From NCBI RefSeq assembly GCF_964355755.1, contig NC_092670.1, positions 38,738,388 to 38,802,387 on the forward strand: a stretch of DNA of 64,000 bases, given 5' to 3'. The notes under the pieces were generated by a model. The model ran no database searches. It worked only from the letters and a program-made list of their open reading frames with translations, and had not been told where the DNA came from. Each line of letters begins with the position of its first letter. The first letter of the stretch is position 1. Below are positions 11,363 to 23,660 of the stretch, piece by piece. A program made the translations under genes and the position numbers. Source of the DNA: Antedon mediterranea. Its lineage: Eukaryota; Animalia; Echinodermata.

Positions 11363-14300
11363 ATGAGTGCAATTATTGCGATTTTGTTCAAACACAATTC
11401 GATAAGCGTAGAAGAATTAAGGGTCGCTGCAGCAAATAAAGGTCGCAATATAACTAGTACTAGTCATTTAGTGAGATTGGTTAATCGTTATCCAGGTGAA
11501 TTGCGGATTGTTCGTGATGGAAGAAGGGAAATATGCGAGTACAAACCTGTCAATATAGAAGTATGTATGCGCAAAAACTGCAACCAAGGACCCAGTTGCA
11601 GTAAACTTCATGTCTGTACATTTTTTGTTAAGGGTGAGTGTACGTGTGGTACCAACTTCATATTTCACTCATAAATCAATGCATGAATTTATTATACATT
11701 ATGGAACAATATTATGTTTTCTAAATCTATTATCAATATCGCTAGAGCAGAGGTAGTAGAAATAAATTATAAATGGTTATATACATTATCTATTTTTATA
11801 TGTCGGGAGAAATTAATTGTATTTTAGTTGGAGATGGGGAGATGACAAAATATTGGGAGACTCCATCATTATCGAGAGAGTTGAGAGGTCCTTGCTTCAA
11901 GCTTAGCCATCAGTCTTTTCTGTGTCTGACCACTTCCTGCCCAAATTCAGGAACATATTATAACATTTTCAAAATTGTCTCAAGCCACCCCTACCATGGT
12001 GATTCTGGTGATGTAGTGAAAACTCTCTTCATCCCACATTCCACTCATTTATTCTTTAAGAAAATCATGATTTTTTACCTTGATTTGAAGTGTGGTGTTC
12101 GCACCTAAATGACTGCATGTTGTGGTTATTAAAATATTTATCATGCCTTCCATTCAGTGTTATAATGAACTTTGATCTCGACCTGAGGTCAATTATATTG
12201 ACTGAAGTATAGAAATGTCTAAAATGTTGTTTTTTAGGCCGATGCTCAAAGGGAGTGACATGCCCCCACCCACATGATCTCTCAAGTCCCAGTAATATTG
12301 CTTATCTGAACTATCGTGGGCTACAAGATGTTGACATGAAGGATATTTTTCTCAAAATTCATTTCAAAGAAGGATCACTCAGTGTCTGCACTTTCTACAA
12401 CAGTGAACGTGGTTGTAGAAATTCTGATGACTGCAACTTCTTGCACATTTGCAGGTAAGCTACTGTAATTCCTTAAATTACAGACCCGGCCACTTCATTT
12501 CAATTTTATTGCAAATTATCTACAGTTAATCTAGTTTTTAATCAGGTTTGAAAATACTCAGCATGTAATTTTTTCTTTTTCTTATTAGTAAAATTGTTAT
12601 TTAGTTGATGGTTTGGTTTTATTTTTGTAGACAATATGTTGATACGAAATGCGCAGCCTCCTGCAAGTATAACCATGATGTGTTTACAACTAACTGTAAA
12701 AGGGTTTTGTCAATGCATGGAATTTGTGTGGATCAGAGACCTATTGAAATCATACAAGATATTAAACAAAAGATTAAAATGCCTAACACTACCATAGCAC
12801 CATCCGCAATACCTGCAACATTACCTGGAAGACCAATGTCACCTCAAACATTATTTCAAATTCCAAGACCAATATCACCTCCAACATCTCCTTCAAAGCA
12901 ACTCACAAGTCTAAAGGAAGCAATTTGTACCTATAATATCCGAGAAAAATGTAGGTACAATGAAAGCTGCATCCGACAGCATCATACGTTGCCTTACCAG
13001 TGGTTCTACATGGACGGATTGATGTGGAAGCCATTCACAGAAGAGACTCAAACCAAATTGGAAGAAGATTACTGTAATGTTTCTAAAAGGGGCTACAAGG
13101 AGTAAGTACATTTACTAACCAAATCAGTTATGTGAATGTAATAACTTCAACTTAAATTTCATTAAAGAAAAAAAAAATGTTGCCAAGAGTATAGGTTTAA
13201 TAATCTTTCTCCTTAAATTAGTAAAAAAATCACAGTATATTTTGATAAGATGGGAAAGGACAGTAAAGTTGTACGTCTATCGACTCCATCCAGCGTAACA
13301 GAGCCACCAAACCATCCGTTCACGACCAAATGGACGTGGTACTGGCAAGATAATTCTGTCAATGCCAAGAGTTACTGGAGAGAATACACACAAAAGGTTA
13401 TACTGTAGTCTTTAGAATATAGCAATGTTATGCATCAGACCAACAGTCATTCATGTAATAATATTTTCTAGCTGGTTTTCCTGGGAAATACATTTGTATA
13501 CTTGTGTAAAGTGTACACTGTACAACACAGTTCGCAATCTTCCATTTACACATGGTTGCCTGAACTTTGCTAGATACAGTCGTGAATCCAGGTTATATAA
13601 ATTGTGAGGTAGTAGGAGGAGAGAGGGCCAATAACAATTCTAAAATGAAGTCATGACCTAATGTCTTATCTTTTGCATTCCATTTACCACTTGGATCTAC
13701 CTATGAGATAAACAGCCAAAGATTTCATTTTCAGTGGTTTTTTATCATTATCTTTACTTAAATTCAGAAATATGAATAATTATATGATTTTCACAAGGAG
13801 GTACAGTACACATAAATATACAATTATTACACCTTTTAAAATAATACTTGTGTACATCACTACAGTAATGTTGATTTGTTTATAAAATAACAATTCGTTA
13901 TTACAGAGCACTGTTGAAACCGTGTCTGATAAAGACAGTGAGGAGTTAGAAAAACATTATCAAATGTTTTTAGAAGATTCAAGTTTTTCTATAGTTACTT
14001 TCAATGTTGGACCACATAAATACAAATTGAACTTTGACAAAATGGAGCAAGAAAGTCTTACATTCAAAACCATTAGATGTGTTCGTCGACGTCCTGCCAA
14101 ACTAGTCACTAAACATGACATAGTGAGATACAAGATGGATGTTAAGTTAAACCGGTAGGTAGAGTTCATTATCAATGCCAGAATCATTCTACCAGGTTCT
14201 ACCAAGAATATTATGTTAAAAATTTACAAATTACTGTAAAACTAATAATTTGTTTTGTTTAGTTCTAAAGGGATTACAACCAGCATTGCTGGCGCTTCAT

Positions 14301-15109
14301 CATCAACACGCTTGCCCGATTGCTGGGAGAACGTAGAACAGTTTGACCCACAAGCGTCCTTTCAGTTAGTAGATGTCAAAGTTGGTTGTCAAGAGTACAA
14401 TGAAGTAAAGCTTCTTTTCAAACTAACTTGTAACCACAAGATTTTAAAGATACAACGGGTTCAAAACCAAGAATTGTGGGAAGACTATCAAAGGTTAGTT
14501 TAAAAAACATTTCAAATCTTTGGAAATTTGTTTACAATCTGCACATTGCACAATACATATATTTTTTGTGGTATGAGATACAGCATAGATTATTGTAACA
14601 GTACCAGACCAAAGTAGTACTGTAGTAGTATTGATAAAAACTTAATAAATAGATGATTAAAGTACATGTACAATTATCTTTATTCACAAAGAAAACAAGA
14701 ACGGATGATCAAAAAGTTACCACCTGGAACAACTGTTGAAAGAAGACTTTGGCACGGGACAAGAGAATACCATACTCAGGCTATTTGTCAACAAAACTTT
14801 GACTTCAGATGCAGTGGGTCTAGCTTTGGAACAGCCTTTGGACAGGGAAGCTATTTTGCTCGTGATGCCAAGTTTTCAACTAAGTATGCAATTTGTGCAA
14901 ATGATGGTCACAAATTTGTGTTCCTCGCCAAAGTATTGGTAGGAGAATACACAAAGGGAAAAACAAGCCACAGACGACCACCAGAAAAACTCCAGGCTGG
15001 CAATTCAAAGAGTCTTTATGATTCTTGTGTGGATGATACAATTGACCCCAGCATATTTGTCATTTTCGATAAAGACCAAATGTACCCAGAATACCTTGTC
15101 CAATATTGA
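11363..15109 (+). CDS. PARP12: PARP12/ZC3HAV1-like mono-ADP-ribosyltransferase, paralogue B
   Basis: Exons 11363-11633, 12238-12454, 12631-13101, 13222-13396, 13907-14154, 14263-14493, 14692-15109, with the same intron phases and domains as A. ART domain LWHGT...FGQGSYFARDAKFSTKY...YDSCVDD...PSIFVIFDKDQMYPEYLVQY. Confidence 0.9.
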
Positions 15110-16134
15110 AAGGATAACCTTTTTTCTCCTCCGTTTGTACGCTTAAGCTCTATCTACACTATCAAACTAGTTTGACAAAAAAGTGTGATGTGCCCAAATA
15201 TGGTAGTGATATTCCCAAATATGGTAGTGATATGACATCATCATGTCCATATATGGGCACATTTTTTTGTCACATAAAGTTTGATAGTGTAGACAGAGCT
15301 AAAGAGGTTTGACAGCATTAGGTACTTTATAAATCCAGGGTATTATATTATTCTTTATAAATTTCTTCAAATGATGATTACTGTATACTTTCTGATTAGA
15401 AGGAATCGTACATCTGCATCCGGAAAATCAAAGGGCGTGGGACTATGCATTATATAATCAAAATTATTGCAAAAACTGGAGCATCAAAAATAAAATATGC
15501 ACCCCTGACTACGACGTACTGACAATCGTTTTATCTACCCCTGTAAAGTATAATAACAATACAGTGGTAGTCACAAGTAGAATGGTGTATGATAGAAGTA
15601 GCAGAGTATTGTGTTAATATTTAAATATTAAAATACAGTATTAAAACTAATAATTGTAGGCTAGTAGAATTGTAGTAATAATGATAATATATTAATATTT
15701 GTGTCGTTCTATCATATTCAATATTAATCATAGTAGTGATATGGAAAAACATGAATGTAATTGATTTTAATTGTCACCTTATTTGTAATCTTAAATGAAT
15801 AGAAATTAATTTTTCATCAATTCCAACCAATGGTAAAATATCAAAATATTATGGTATAGGTCTTTTTCACTGTTTTGTTACTCATGAACAGCTTCAGAAT
15901 GGCAAGCTGTAATTAGACAGACTGACCTCTAGGGATGGCCAATTCAGTCTAATTTCATGCATGGAACAACGAAACTGTCTAATTTTTGTATTTTAGTTTG
16001 ATAAAAAATCAATTTCTATATTTTGATATTTATTATGACAACAATAAAAGATAGCATTAGACAGATGGCTTGAAATGTAGTAATACAGAGTACAGTAGTT
16101 GCATATATTTTTGTATTGTATATGTATTGGTATT

Positions 16135-16495
16135 ATTTGAGTGGGCTGATATTTATGGTAAAGTACTGTAGTTTAAAAACAATGTCCAGTATTAATATAC
16201 AGTAGCTTTATTTATTTTAATTTACTATTATTTTATTGAGTGGGCCGATATTTATGGTACAGTACTTTAAAAACAATGTCCAGTATTAAATACAGTAGCT
16301 TTATTTATTTTAATTTACTGAGTGGGCCGATATTTAAGGTACAGTAGTTTAAAAAACGATTTCCACCAGCATTAATGTTAGCTTTGTTTATTTTAATTTA
16401 CTGCTGCTATTTTATATTTGAGTGTGCTGATATTTATGGTATAGTAGTTTAAAAAACTATGTCCAGTATTACAGTATTAGCTTTGTTTATTTTGG
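16135..16495. repeat. About 90-100-bp tandem repeat x4 in the NUDT19 3' region
   Basis: tgagtgggc(t/c)gatatttatggta...aaaaacaatgtccagtatt...gctttatttattttaattta recurs at about 16138, 16237, 16319 and 16419. Confidence 0.8.
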
Positions 16496-16518
16496 CTTAT
16501 AAAATCTATAATATTTAT

Positions 16519-19500
16519 TCACAGCTTTGATTGTACATCACTATCTGGATTATTAAATAGAGCTGGAGCGACATGACCAAACCTTGGTATAATATTATAA
16601 TATAGAGAACATTCCGTTGAGTCTTTGAACACCATTCTGTTTACATTTTTTGACTCTTTTAATGATTGTTCTGCAGTTTTGTTTAGAACGGCCATTTCTC
16701 CTGCATTAATTGTCTTAAACTCTGGCACTTTTGGATAAATATCATCACCTAAATATAAAAAGAATTTCTCTGGTAAATATATCATTTTTTTTATAAACCT
16801 TAGTGGATTAATTTCAGGTAATTTGAGAGGAGGGTATATATATATATTTTTTTCCAAAATGGTGTATGTAATCTAAGGTACAGTAGTGAATAAAAAGGCG
16901 GCTTTGCATAATATTGGATATTGAATACTTATTTTAAAGTTTTTCACCATGCTTAGAAGACTTAACATTCTCATTCAAATTCTCATGATACTGTACACAG
17001 TGGTGGCGCCAGCGGGGGGGCTACGGGGGCTGTAGCCCCCTCGTCGGAGAGCCTAGCCCCCACGTCGGGGAACGCGAGTACTTTTCGTCGGGGGGAATAT
17101 AATATAAAGTAAAAATCATTCGCGTTCACTTCGTAGCTTCAGAAAACCGCGAAGTTCCATTTTTGTTAAGTACGTCGGAGGGCTATTACACTTTATTATG
17201 CATGCATTATTGCCAGCGATCTAATAAACAATAGGTATGCACTTGTCTGGCGGTGTCCCTTTGTACGAATCGTTTAACATTGGCCCCGGCCCATTGCGGT
17301 TTACGCGTGATATCATGTTCCACCCAGGGACCAGAATGTGTACTGTAGTTACTTTCCAGGCGAAGTTTACTGACGCGTTACGTCGTGTACTGTGTATCGA
17401 CAGCAAAAGGGTACGAATTATCTTCGCGATCTATTTTATTGTTCGTATGTTCAATTTTTTAATTTACGATTACCGTGGGGTACCTGAACCTGAAATAGAC
17501 GTTTTTCACTGTAGGCTCGGCCTACATTACTAAACAAAAAACATGTCATTTTCGTTTAGCCAACATCTTATTATAGCTAAGTTATTACATTTCCAATGTC
17601 CTGTATGTCATGAACTGCTCGTACATCGAAATTCCAGATTCACATCTGGGAAATAGACTGATTTCCCCGACGGAAAATGGTCTACGCTTGTGGATGCATT
17701 CCCCTCCAAATAAAAGGTAAAAAGGGTAACTTATTTAGGCCTCTATGTCTGAATTGTTTTTAAGTATAGGTGTAATTTTTAAAGACCTGTATCTCTAGTT
17801 TTCAAAATTGTCTTAGCTCAACCGTCCCCAATTATAGAGCTGGTCTTGTATACTTACTGTACATTTTGTTTCATATTTCGATGTACAATATACAGTCAGT
17901 GCATTGAACCTAGAGCCGGGCCTAGAGCTCTATTTTTTCAATTTTTTTTTATATCCATGGTAGGGCTGGTTCTGGAGACGTACCGGTATATATCTTGTTT
18001 TATGCTTCGAAGTATAATAAGTTAAATTTCCGGGACCTAGCAACTCTATTTTTCAGAATGTTCTTAGCTCCACCCCAACCATGGTGGGCTGGACGTATAA
18101 TTTCGTTTCATATTTCAATGTTTTGCAGGGACCTAGCAGCTCTATCTTTGACAATTTTCTTAGCTCTGGTTCTGTAGACTTATAATTTCGTTTCATTTAT
18201 CAATATGGGCCTATATAAGTGCAATTTCCAGGTACCTAGCAGGTCTATTTTTCACAATTTTCTTAGCAGCTCAACCCTAATGGTAGGGCTGGTCCTGGAG
18301 CTTTATATATTTTGTTTCTTTTTTTCGAAATACTATAATCTAATATCCGGGGACCTAACAACTCTAGTTGTTTAAATATCCTTAGCTCCATCTCAACCTC
18401 GGTGGGCTTGTTCTCTGATAGACTTCTTATTTTGGTTTATATATCAATGTATAATTGCAATTTCCGGGGACCTAGCAGCTCTATTTTACAAAATGTTCTT
18501 ACAGATCAGGCCATGGATATCTCGTGCAATTACAATTTTCGCACCCCCAGACAGCAACCTGCCTATCTACGTCTCTGCGATTATAACGATATACCTCTTG
18601 GGCCCGGGGGGTAGGTTTTACGTTCGCGTATATTTTCTATGATAGGCATATTGAAATTTGAAAGAATGGATTTACACAGTCATCGTACCGGACCTCTTGC
18701 AATGTGTTTTTCACACAGTATTTTATTTATGTACCATACAAAATTGAAAAAATTGGCTACCCTAAATCTGATTAAAACGGCCTCAAATTACGCTATAACG
18801 TGTTGCTTCCGGGGCTCCCCCCCCCCTGACCCCTAGCCAAGTGATGCTCGCGCTTCACTCGCACAGCCCCCCTGTCGGGGAATTTAGCCCCCGCGTCGTA
18901 AAGATCCTGGCGCCACCCCTGACTGTACAGTGAACGCATGAACTCAAAAGTGAGCGAGGCTGGCTCAGTTGAGCATGGAGATCAAGAGCATCAAAGAAAT
19001 TTGAAAAACAGACCAGAATCTACTCCAAGCGTTCAAGACTGAGATTGAGGAGTGCTAGAAAATTACATTTTTTGATTTAGATGTGCTCAACTAAAAAATA
19101 ACCATACTGACATACTCTACTGCCTTCTTACCTGGATATGCCGATACTACTTTACCATCCTCACTCAGATATAAAACTGGAAATGTAGTTTCACAGCCTA
19201 GGAATGCCCGTTGAGAACTAAAATCAAACAGATCTTGCAAACTCTTAAAGTTCTCAATACGACTTAGTTCATATATTTGAGGAGGTGGTAGATATACCTG
19301 TTTGTCTTGAAATGATTGCAGAGCTTCTGTTGGTAATGACCACTGAACATAATAAAAATGAATAAATCTCTACATTATTCAACAAAGAATGAAAAGAGGG
19401 AATGATGTGGTATTTTTTAACACTAAACTTCACCGCAGTACAAAGTTGCAATGATAGAATCATTCAAGCAACGAATATATTGTGGGGAAGGATCCTAACC

Positions 19501-20601
19501 ACATAGTACAGTAAAAGAATTTCATACAGCCACTCTGTCAGGACAGTTGACAGTTGAAAGAGTGCTAGAATTTCTTAGTGGATTGTTGGAATGGCATTAT
19601 ACAAATGGAAATGAATAAATTAATTTGTGAAGAGACATCACCACCCTTTTGGATTCAGCTACAATATCCTTCTCATTAAAAAATGAGTACTAAAGCTCTG
19701 TAAACTTTATGTGACAGAAAAAATGTGATGTGCCCATATATGAACATGATGATGTCATACCACTACTACCATATTTGAGCATATCACTACCATATTTGGG
19801 CACAATGATGTAATGTTTTTTATTAACCTTTGTCTGAATCATTTCCTGTGCATCGTGCTTCACTAGCGGTACATCATTCATACAGCAGAGAAAGAACATG
19901 GTATCGTATCTCTTCTTATTAGTAGCTGGAGTCAACCAATCACACCATTCCATCAGAGACCAGACATCTGGAACGCACTGAAGCTCGCGACACAGCATTA
20001 TAAACTGACTTGCATCTCCATGTACACGGCGTCTCCATTCATCGATAGTAACTTCTGAAAGACTTGGATGTTCATAATTCTTTGCAAATGTTACTTCTGT
20101 TTTTTTATGTGGGATATCTTTGAACGACTTGAGCAAGAGAAGACCAGCTTCTTCAAATGTTTCTCGAATGGCACAAATCCTGAAGGCCACTTCTCTTGGT
20201 AGTGGAGAGGTTTGTTTATTTGTGAAAACTAATGGTCTCTGACCCTGGACTGATAACATCTTTCCAAAGTCTTTTGTACTGATGCCAGCTTCTTCGAAAA
20301 ATTCAAGCCAATCTGGTGAAGTGTCTGCATTATCAAGAGCACCTCCAGGAAAGACTTCAGCTCCTGCAAAAAAGGAGCTCGACTGCGCTCTCTGCATTAA
20401 CAAAATCGAAAAGTCGCTTTCACAATGATGCCTAACAATAACATTGCCATCATTGATTTTTCTAATTTTGTTTCTGTTTGACAGTTTTTCTTCGCCTTTT
20501 TCTTTTGCAGCAGTACTGCTAGAAATAGTATGTGGATGGAATATACCATTTCTTCGATTGGCAGCCACAATGAGAGAGGCTGCCTCTTTCCAGTATTTCA
20601 T
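16519..20601 (-). CDS. NUDT19: Acyl-CoA diphosphatase NUDT19 (Nudix hydrolase 19), peroxisomal PTS1
   Basis: Exons 20601-19828, 19342-19132, 16748-16519. Motifs WKEAASLIV, VFPGG, split Nudix box ICAIRETFEEAG, WLTP..KRYDTMFF, LPPPQIYELSRI, YPGD. The C-terminus is SKL*. Confidence 0.92.
16998..18921. mobile_element. Non-autonomous hAT-type element in NUDT19 intron 2
   Basis: TIR cagtggtggcgccag / ctggcgccacccctg, perfect 8-bp TSD actgtaca (16990-16997, 18922-18929), subterminal agcccc motifs, and internal degenerate repeats of about 120 bp (17780-18500). No transposase ORF. Confidence 0.88.
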
Positions 20602-20619
20602 AATGGTTGTTACAACCTA

Positions 20620-21050
20620 GTCCTACACCAAAACTATGATTACAATTTTTAATAGGCTAAAATTAAATTACATTGGCAAAAGGGAGTTCTTTGGCAGTGT
20701 GACATTTAGTTGAACCTGTTGACTGAGTTTAGTTGATCATTGAAATTGTAATAATTATTGCAATAAGTTTGTATTCCCTATATGTATTTCGTGTTGGTTC
20801 GGTTTGTTTATCAATTTTACTTTATTCTTTCACGTGCACTTCACTACTGCCCCCATCGGCCACACCACCAGAGGCGCGCCTAGCCAGCCTACCGTCGTGG
20901 GATAATATCGGGGGCGCGAGGCTGTGTCGTTGCCACAAATCGCGGGCTGAGAACGGGAGAAGTAAGCCTACCCTACTAGGCCTAGCCCGCTAGTATTTTT
21001 TCTTTTTAATATAGCACGACACACGTAGGCGCGTCTAGTATCGTCACAGG
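20620..21050. promoter_or_regulatory. Probable bidirectional promoter (NUDT19 / TIR-Death gene) with a non-coding first exon ending at 21049
   Basis: Locally GC/CpG-rich patch at 20830-20990 between divergent genes. Strong donor cacag|gtaagt at 21050, followed by a TAGGCCTA-rich intron and an acceptor at 21886. Confidence 0.55.
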
Positions 21051-21899
21051 TAAGTTCTGTGATTCTTGTGTGTGTTCTTTATTAATTTTAGTGCTGCTGA
21101 CAATGCACCGATCGTGTAGGACTAGGCCTAGCCCTCCTATAGAGTAGTACTAGTAGTAGCTAGGTTTTAGGTAGGCGGCTAGGCTGGAGCCGGTTAGCCT
21201 AGGCCCTAGGCCTAATAATATAGGCCTAACTAAGGCCTAGGCTTCTTGGCGCTAGTTCCGTTTCGCACCTGTCATTTATTTCGACTCAAAATTGGTTAAG
21301 TAACGGAACTAGCGCCGGCTTCTTTTTAGGCCGCTAGTTAGTAACTAAATAGTAAACAGTGTACTGCTAGCTGCTGTATTTCTACTAGTACTAGAAAAAG
21401 GAGGAGCGGGTCAGTTTAGTTCAGCTAGATAAGATAGCTAAATACTGCTACGCTAGCCTAGGCCTATGCTAGAGTTAATTAATTAATTTTGTTTACAGAT
21501 TTATTTTATCATGCCTTTTACTATTATTTTATTATTACATATTAGTCAAATTTAATTAAATACATGTATTGTCATCCTGAATTTTTTAGTTAGGAATAGA
21601 TAGGAGATATGAAACAAATTGTTATTTTTTTCAAAATCTTTTACGAACAGTAATTTTACTGTATAGTTACATTTTCTGTATGGTTAATGTTTGCACTCTG
21701 AAAAATCATACAAACATGTGCAGTAATTTTTTTCTCATACTGTAAACTATGACACATGGCTGGTCACGAGGTTTTTTTTTTTTCTCTTCTCTGCAGAAGC
21801 ACAACATTCTATATCTTTTTTTAAAATCATTATTTTCCCTTTTTTCTTCTATTATTTAAATGTTTAAGTATTTCTTGTTGTTGCAGGAATTTGTAAAAA

Positions 21900-23488
21900 A
21901 TGGGTGACAGGTTGTGTGGTTCTTCTACGAATTATGACAGCCATCATACACCTGTTTCACAAGAGGAGGCAAGCAGTACTTCTAAAGGGGAGTTTGCCTA
22001 CAACAGCCTTGTGTCTAGATCTACAAGTTCTTTGTCATCACTTTCTGAATCAGAACAGAAAGCAGAGTTTCATGACATTGTCCTTATTTGTAGTGAAAGA
22101 GCAAAAAAAGAACGTGATTTATTCTTGACGTTTTGTCGTAAACAACAGTGGAAAGTGTACCTGCCATCTATGGAAAAGTTATTGGGGGAGAGGCGATCCG
22201 CCACATTTAAACGTGGATTTGATCATAGTACATACATCGTTGTTTTAATTACATCATGTTTTCAAGAGGATGTCTGGGCTGTCGAACGTTTACAAATTGC
22301 GTTAATAAAGTCAATTGAGGAAAGATATCAAAACGTTATCCCAGTATTATTTGGCGGTTTACTTCCATTTGAAATGTCTGCAATTGCTAATGTAAAATAT
22401 GATGATGAATTTTTTGAACATGTGATGAAAAAATCAATTAAAACAGACACCCGTATATTCAAACAAAATCAAGAAGATTGCCGCTTCCAGTCAGCTCAAG
22501 GCACTATGGCTACACCACCACCAGCTTATGAGATTGAATCTATGGTAAATTTTAAAGAATATGTACACTTCAAATAAAAACATATGATGTTCCCAATTCC
22601 CATCCCATTTTCCCTGCCTCCCCCCCCCCCCCCACATTCGATTTTCCCAGCTCTCCTAATCCAATTTTCTCTGCTCCCCCATCCCATTTTCTCTGCTCCC
22701 CCATCCCATTTTCCCTGCTCCCCCATCCCATTTTCTCTGCTCCCCATCCCATTTTCTCTGCTCCCCCATCCCATTTTCACTGCTCCCCCATCCCATTTTC
22801 ACTGCTCCCCCATCTTCCCAGCTCTCCCATCCCATTTTCTCTGCTCCCCATCCCATTTTCTCTGCTCTTCCATCCCATTTTCCCGACTCCACATACCATT
22901 TTCCCTACTCCCCCATCCCAGTTTTCCTAACCTTAATCTGTGCCCATGAATATGATGATGTCATATCACTACCATATTTGGGCATATCACTACCATATTT
23001 GAGCACATCACACTATTTTTGTCAAACTAGTTTGCTTAAAATTGCCATTTATACAAATAAATTAGTGTTTTTTGTTTTGTTTGTAGGATTCAGGAGAAGG
23101 ATGCTCAATAAGTAGTTCCTACTCTGAAGAGTTTAACAACATGTTGACAGAAGCATTGCCATCAGAGATATCACAGCAGTACCTAACCACCAAGCAATTT
23201 CAGGGGCTCTGTATCTCACTTGATGTTACTGACCCAGGCTTGAATGATTGGAGAGGCCTAGCAAACTCATTGGATCTCACTTCTTCTCAAATTAAGTTTT
23301 TAGAAGATAAGCAAGCTAGGACATCTGAGTACAGCCCTACTAAACTGATTCTTGATGTGTACTTTGAACATAATAAAACCGTCGACAAGTCCTCAATACT
23401 AAAAAATCTAAATGAATTGTTTACAGAAATGAACTTTGGTAGGGGAATACAGATTACCCAAGAAGCTATTGAGACATTCATTGGATAA
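21900..23488 (+). CDS. TIR-domain (TICAM/TRIF-TRAM-like) protein with C-terminal Death domain, 348 aa
   Basis: Exons 21900-22544 and 23087-23488 join in phase 0. TIR: FHDIVLICS...STYIVVLITSCFQEDVW...ALIKSIEERYQNVIPVLF..PFEM. Death fold: LCISLD....NDWRGLANSLDLTSSQIKFLE...SPTKLILDVY. AATAAA at about 23508. Confidence 0.82.
22595..22925. repeat. 21-22-bp C/T-rich minisatellite (ccccatcccattttctctgct)n in the TIR-Death intron
   Basis: Directly visible tandem array. Confidence 0.9.
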
Positions 23489-23660
23489 AGACTGAATTAT
23501 GCAGTTGAATAAATATTTAATGTACCCTTTTTTATCTTTAATTGGAGTTTGCCATTGCTTTCTAATTTACATATGACTTTGACCCTCTGTTTTGATTCTA
23601 GTTGTACCATTTATCTAATACTAGCGGTACAGCGGTACTGTACAGGTCACATTCAGTGAA

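Noticed and set aside
17221-18836. Short ORFs inside the hAT element as a transposase
   Set aside because: No hAT or BED motifs are recognisable, and the interior is degenerate tandem repeat.
21900-22544. TIR as a SARM/bacterial-type NADase forming an NAD+ module with the PARPs and Nudix
   Set aside because: The catalytic Glu position holds Arg, the TIR looks TICAM-like, and NUDT19 is a peroxisomal CoA hydrolase rather than an ADP-ribose hydrolase.
22526-22949. Several ORFs in the TIR-Death intron
   Set aside because: Translations of a minisatellite.
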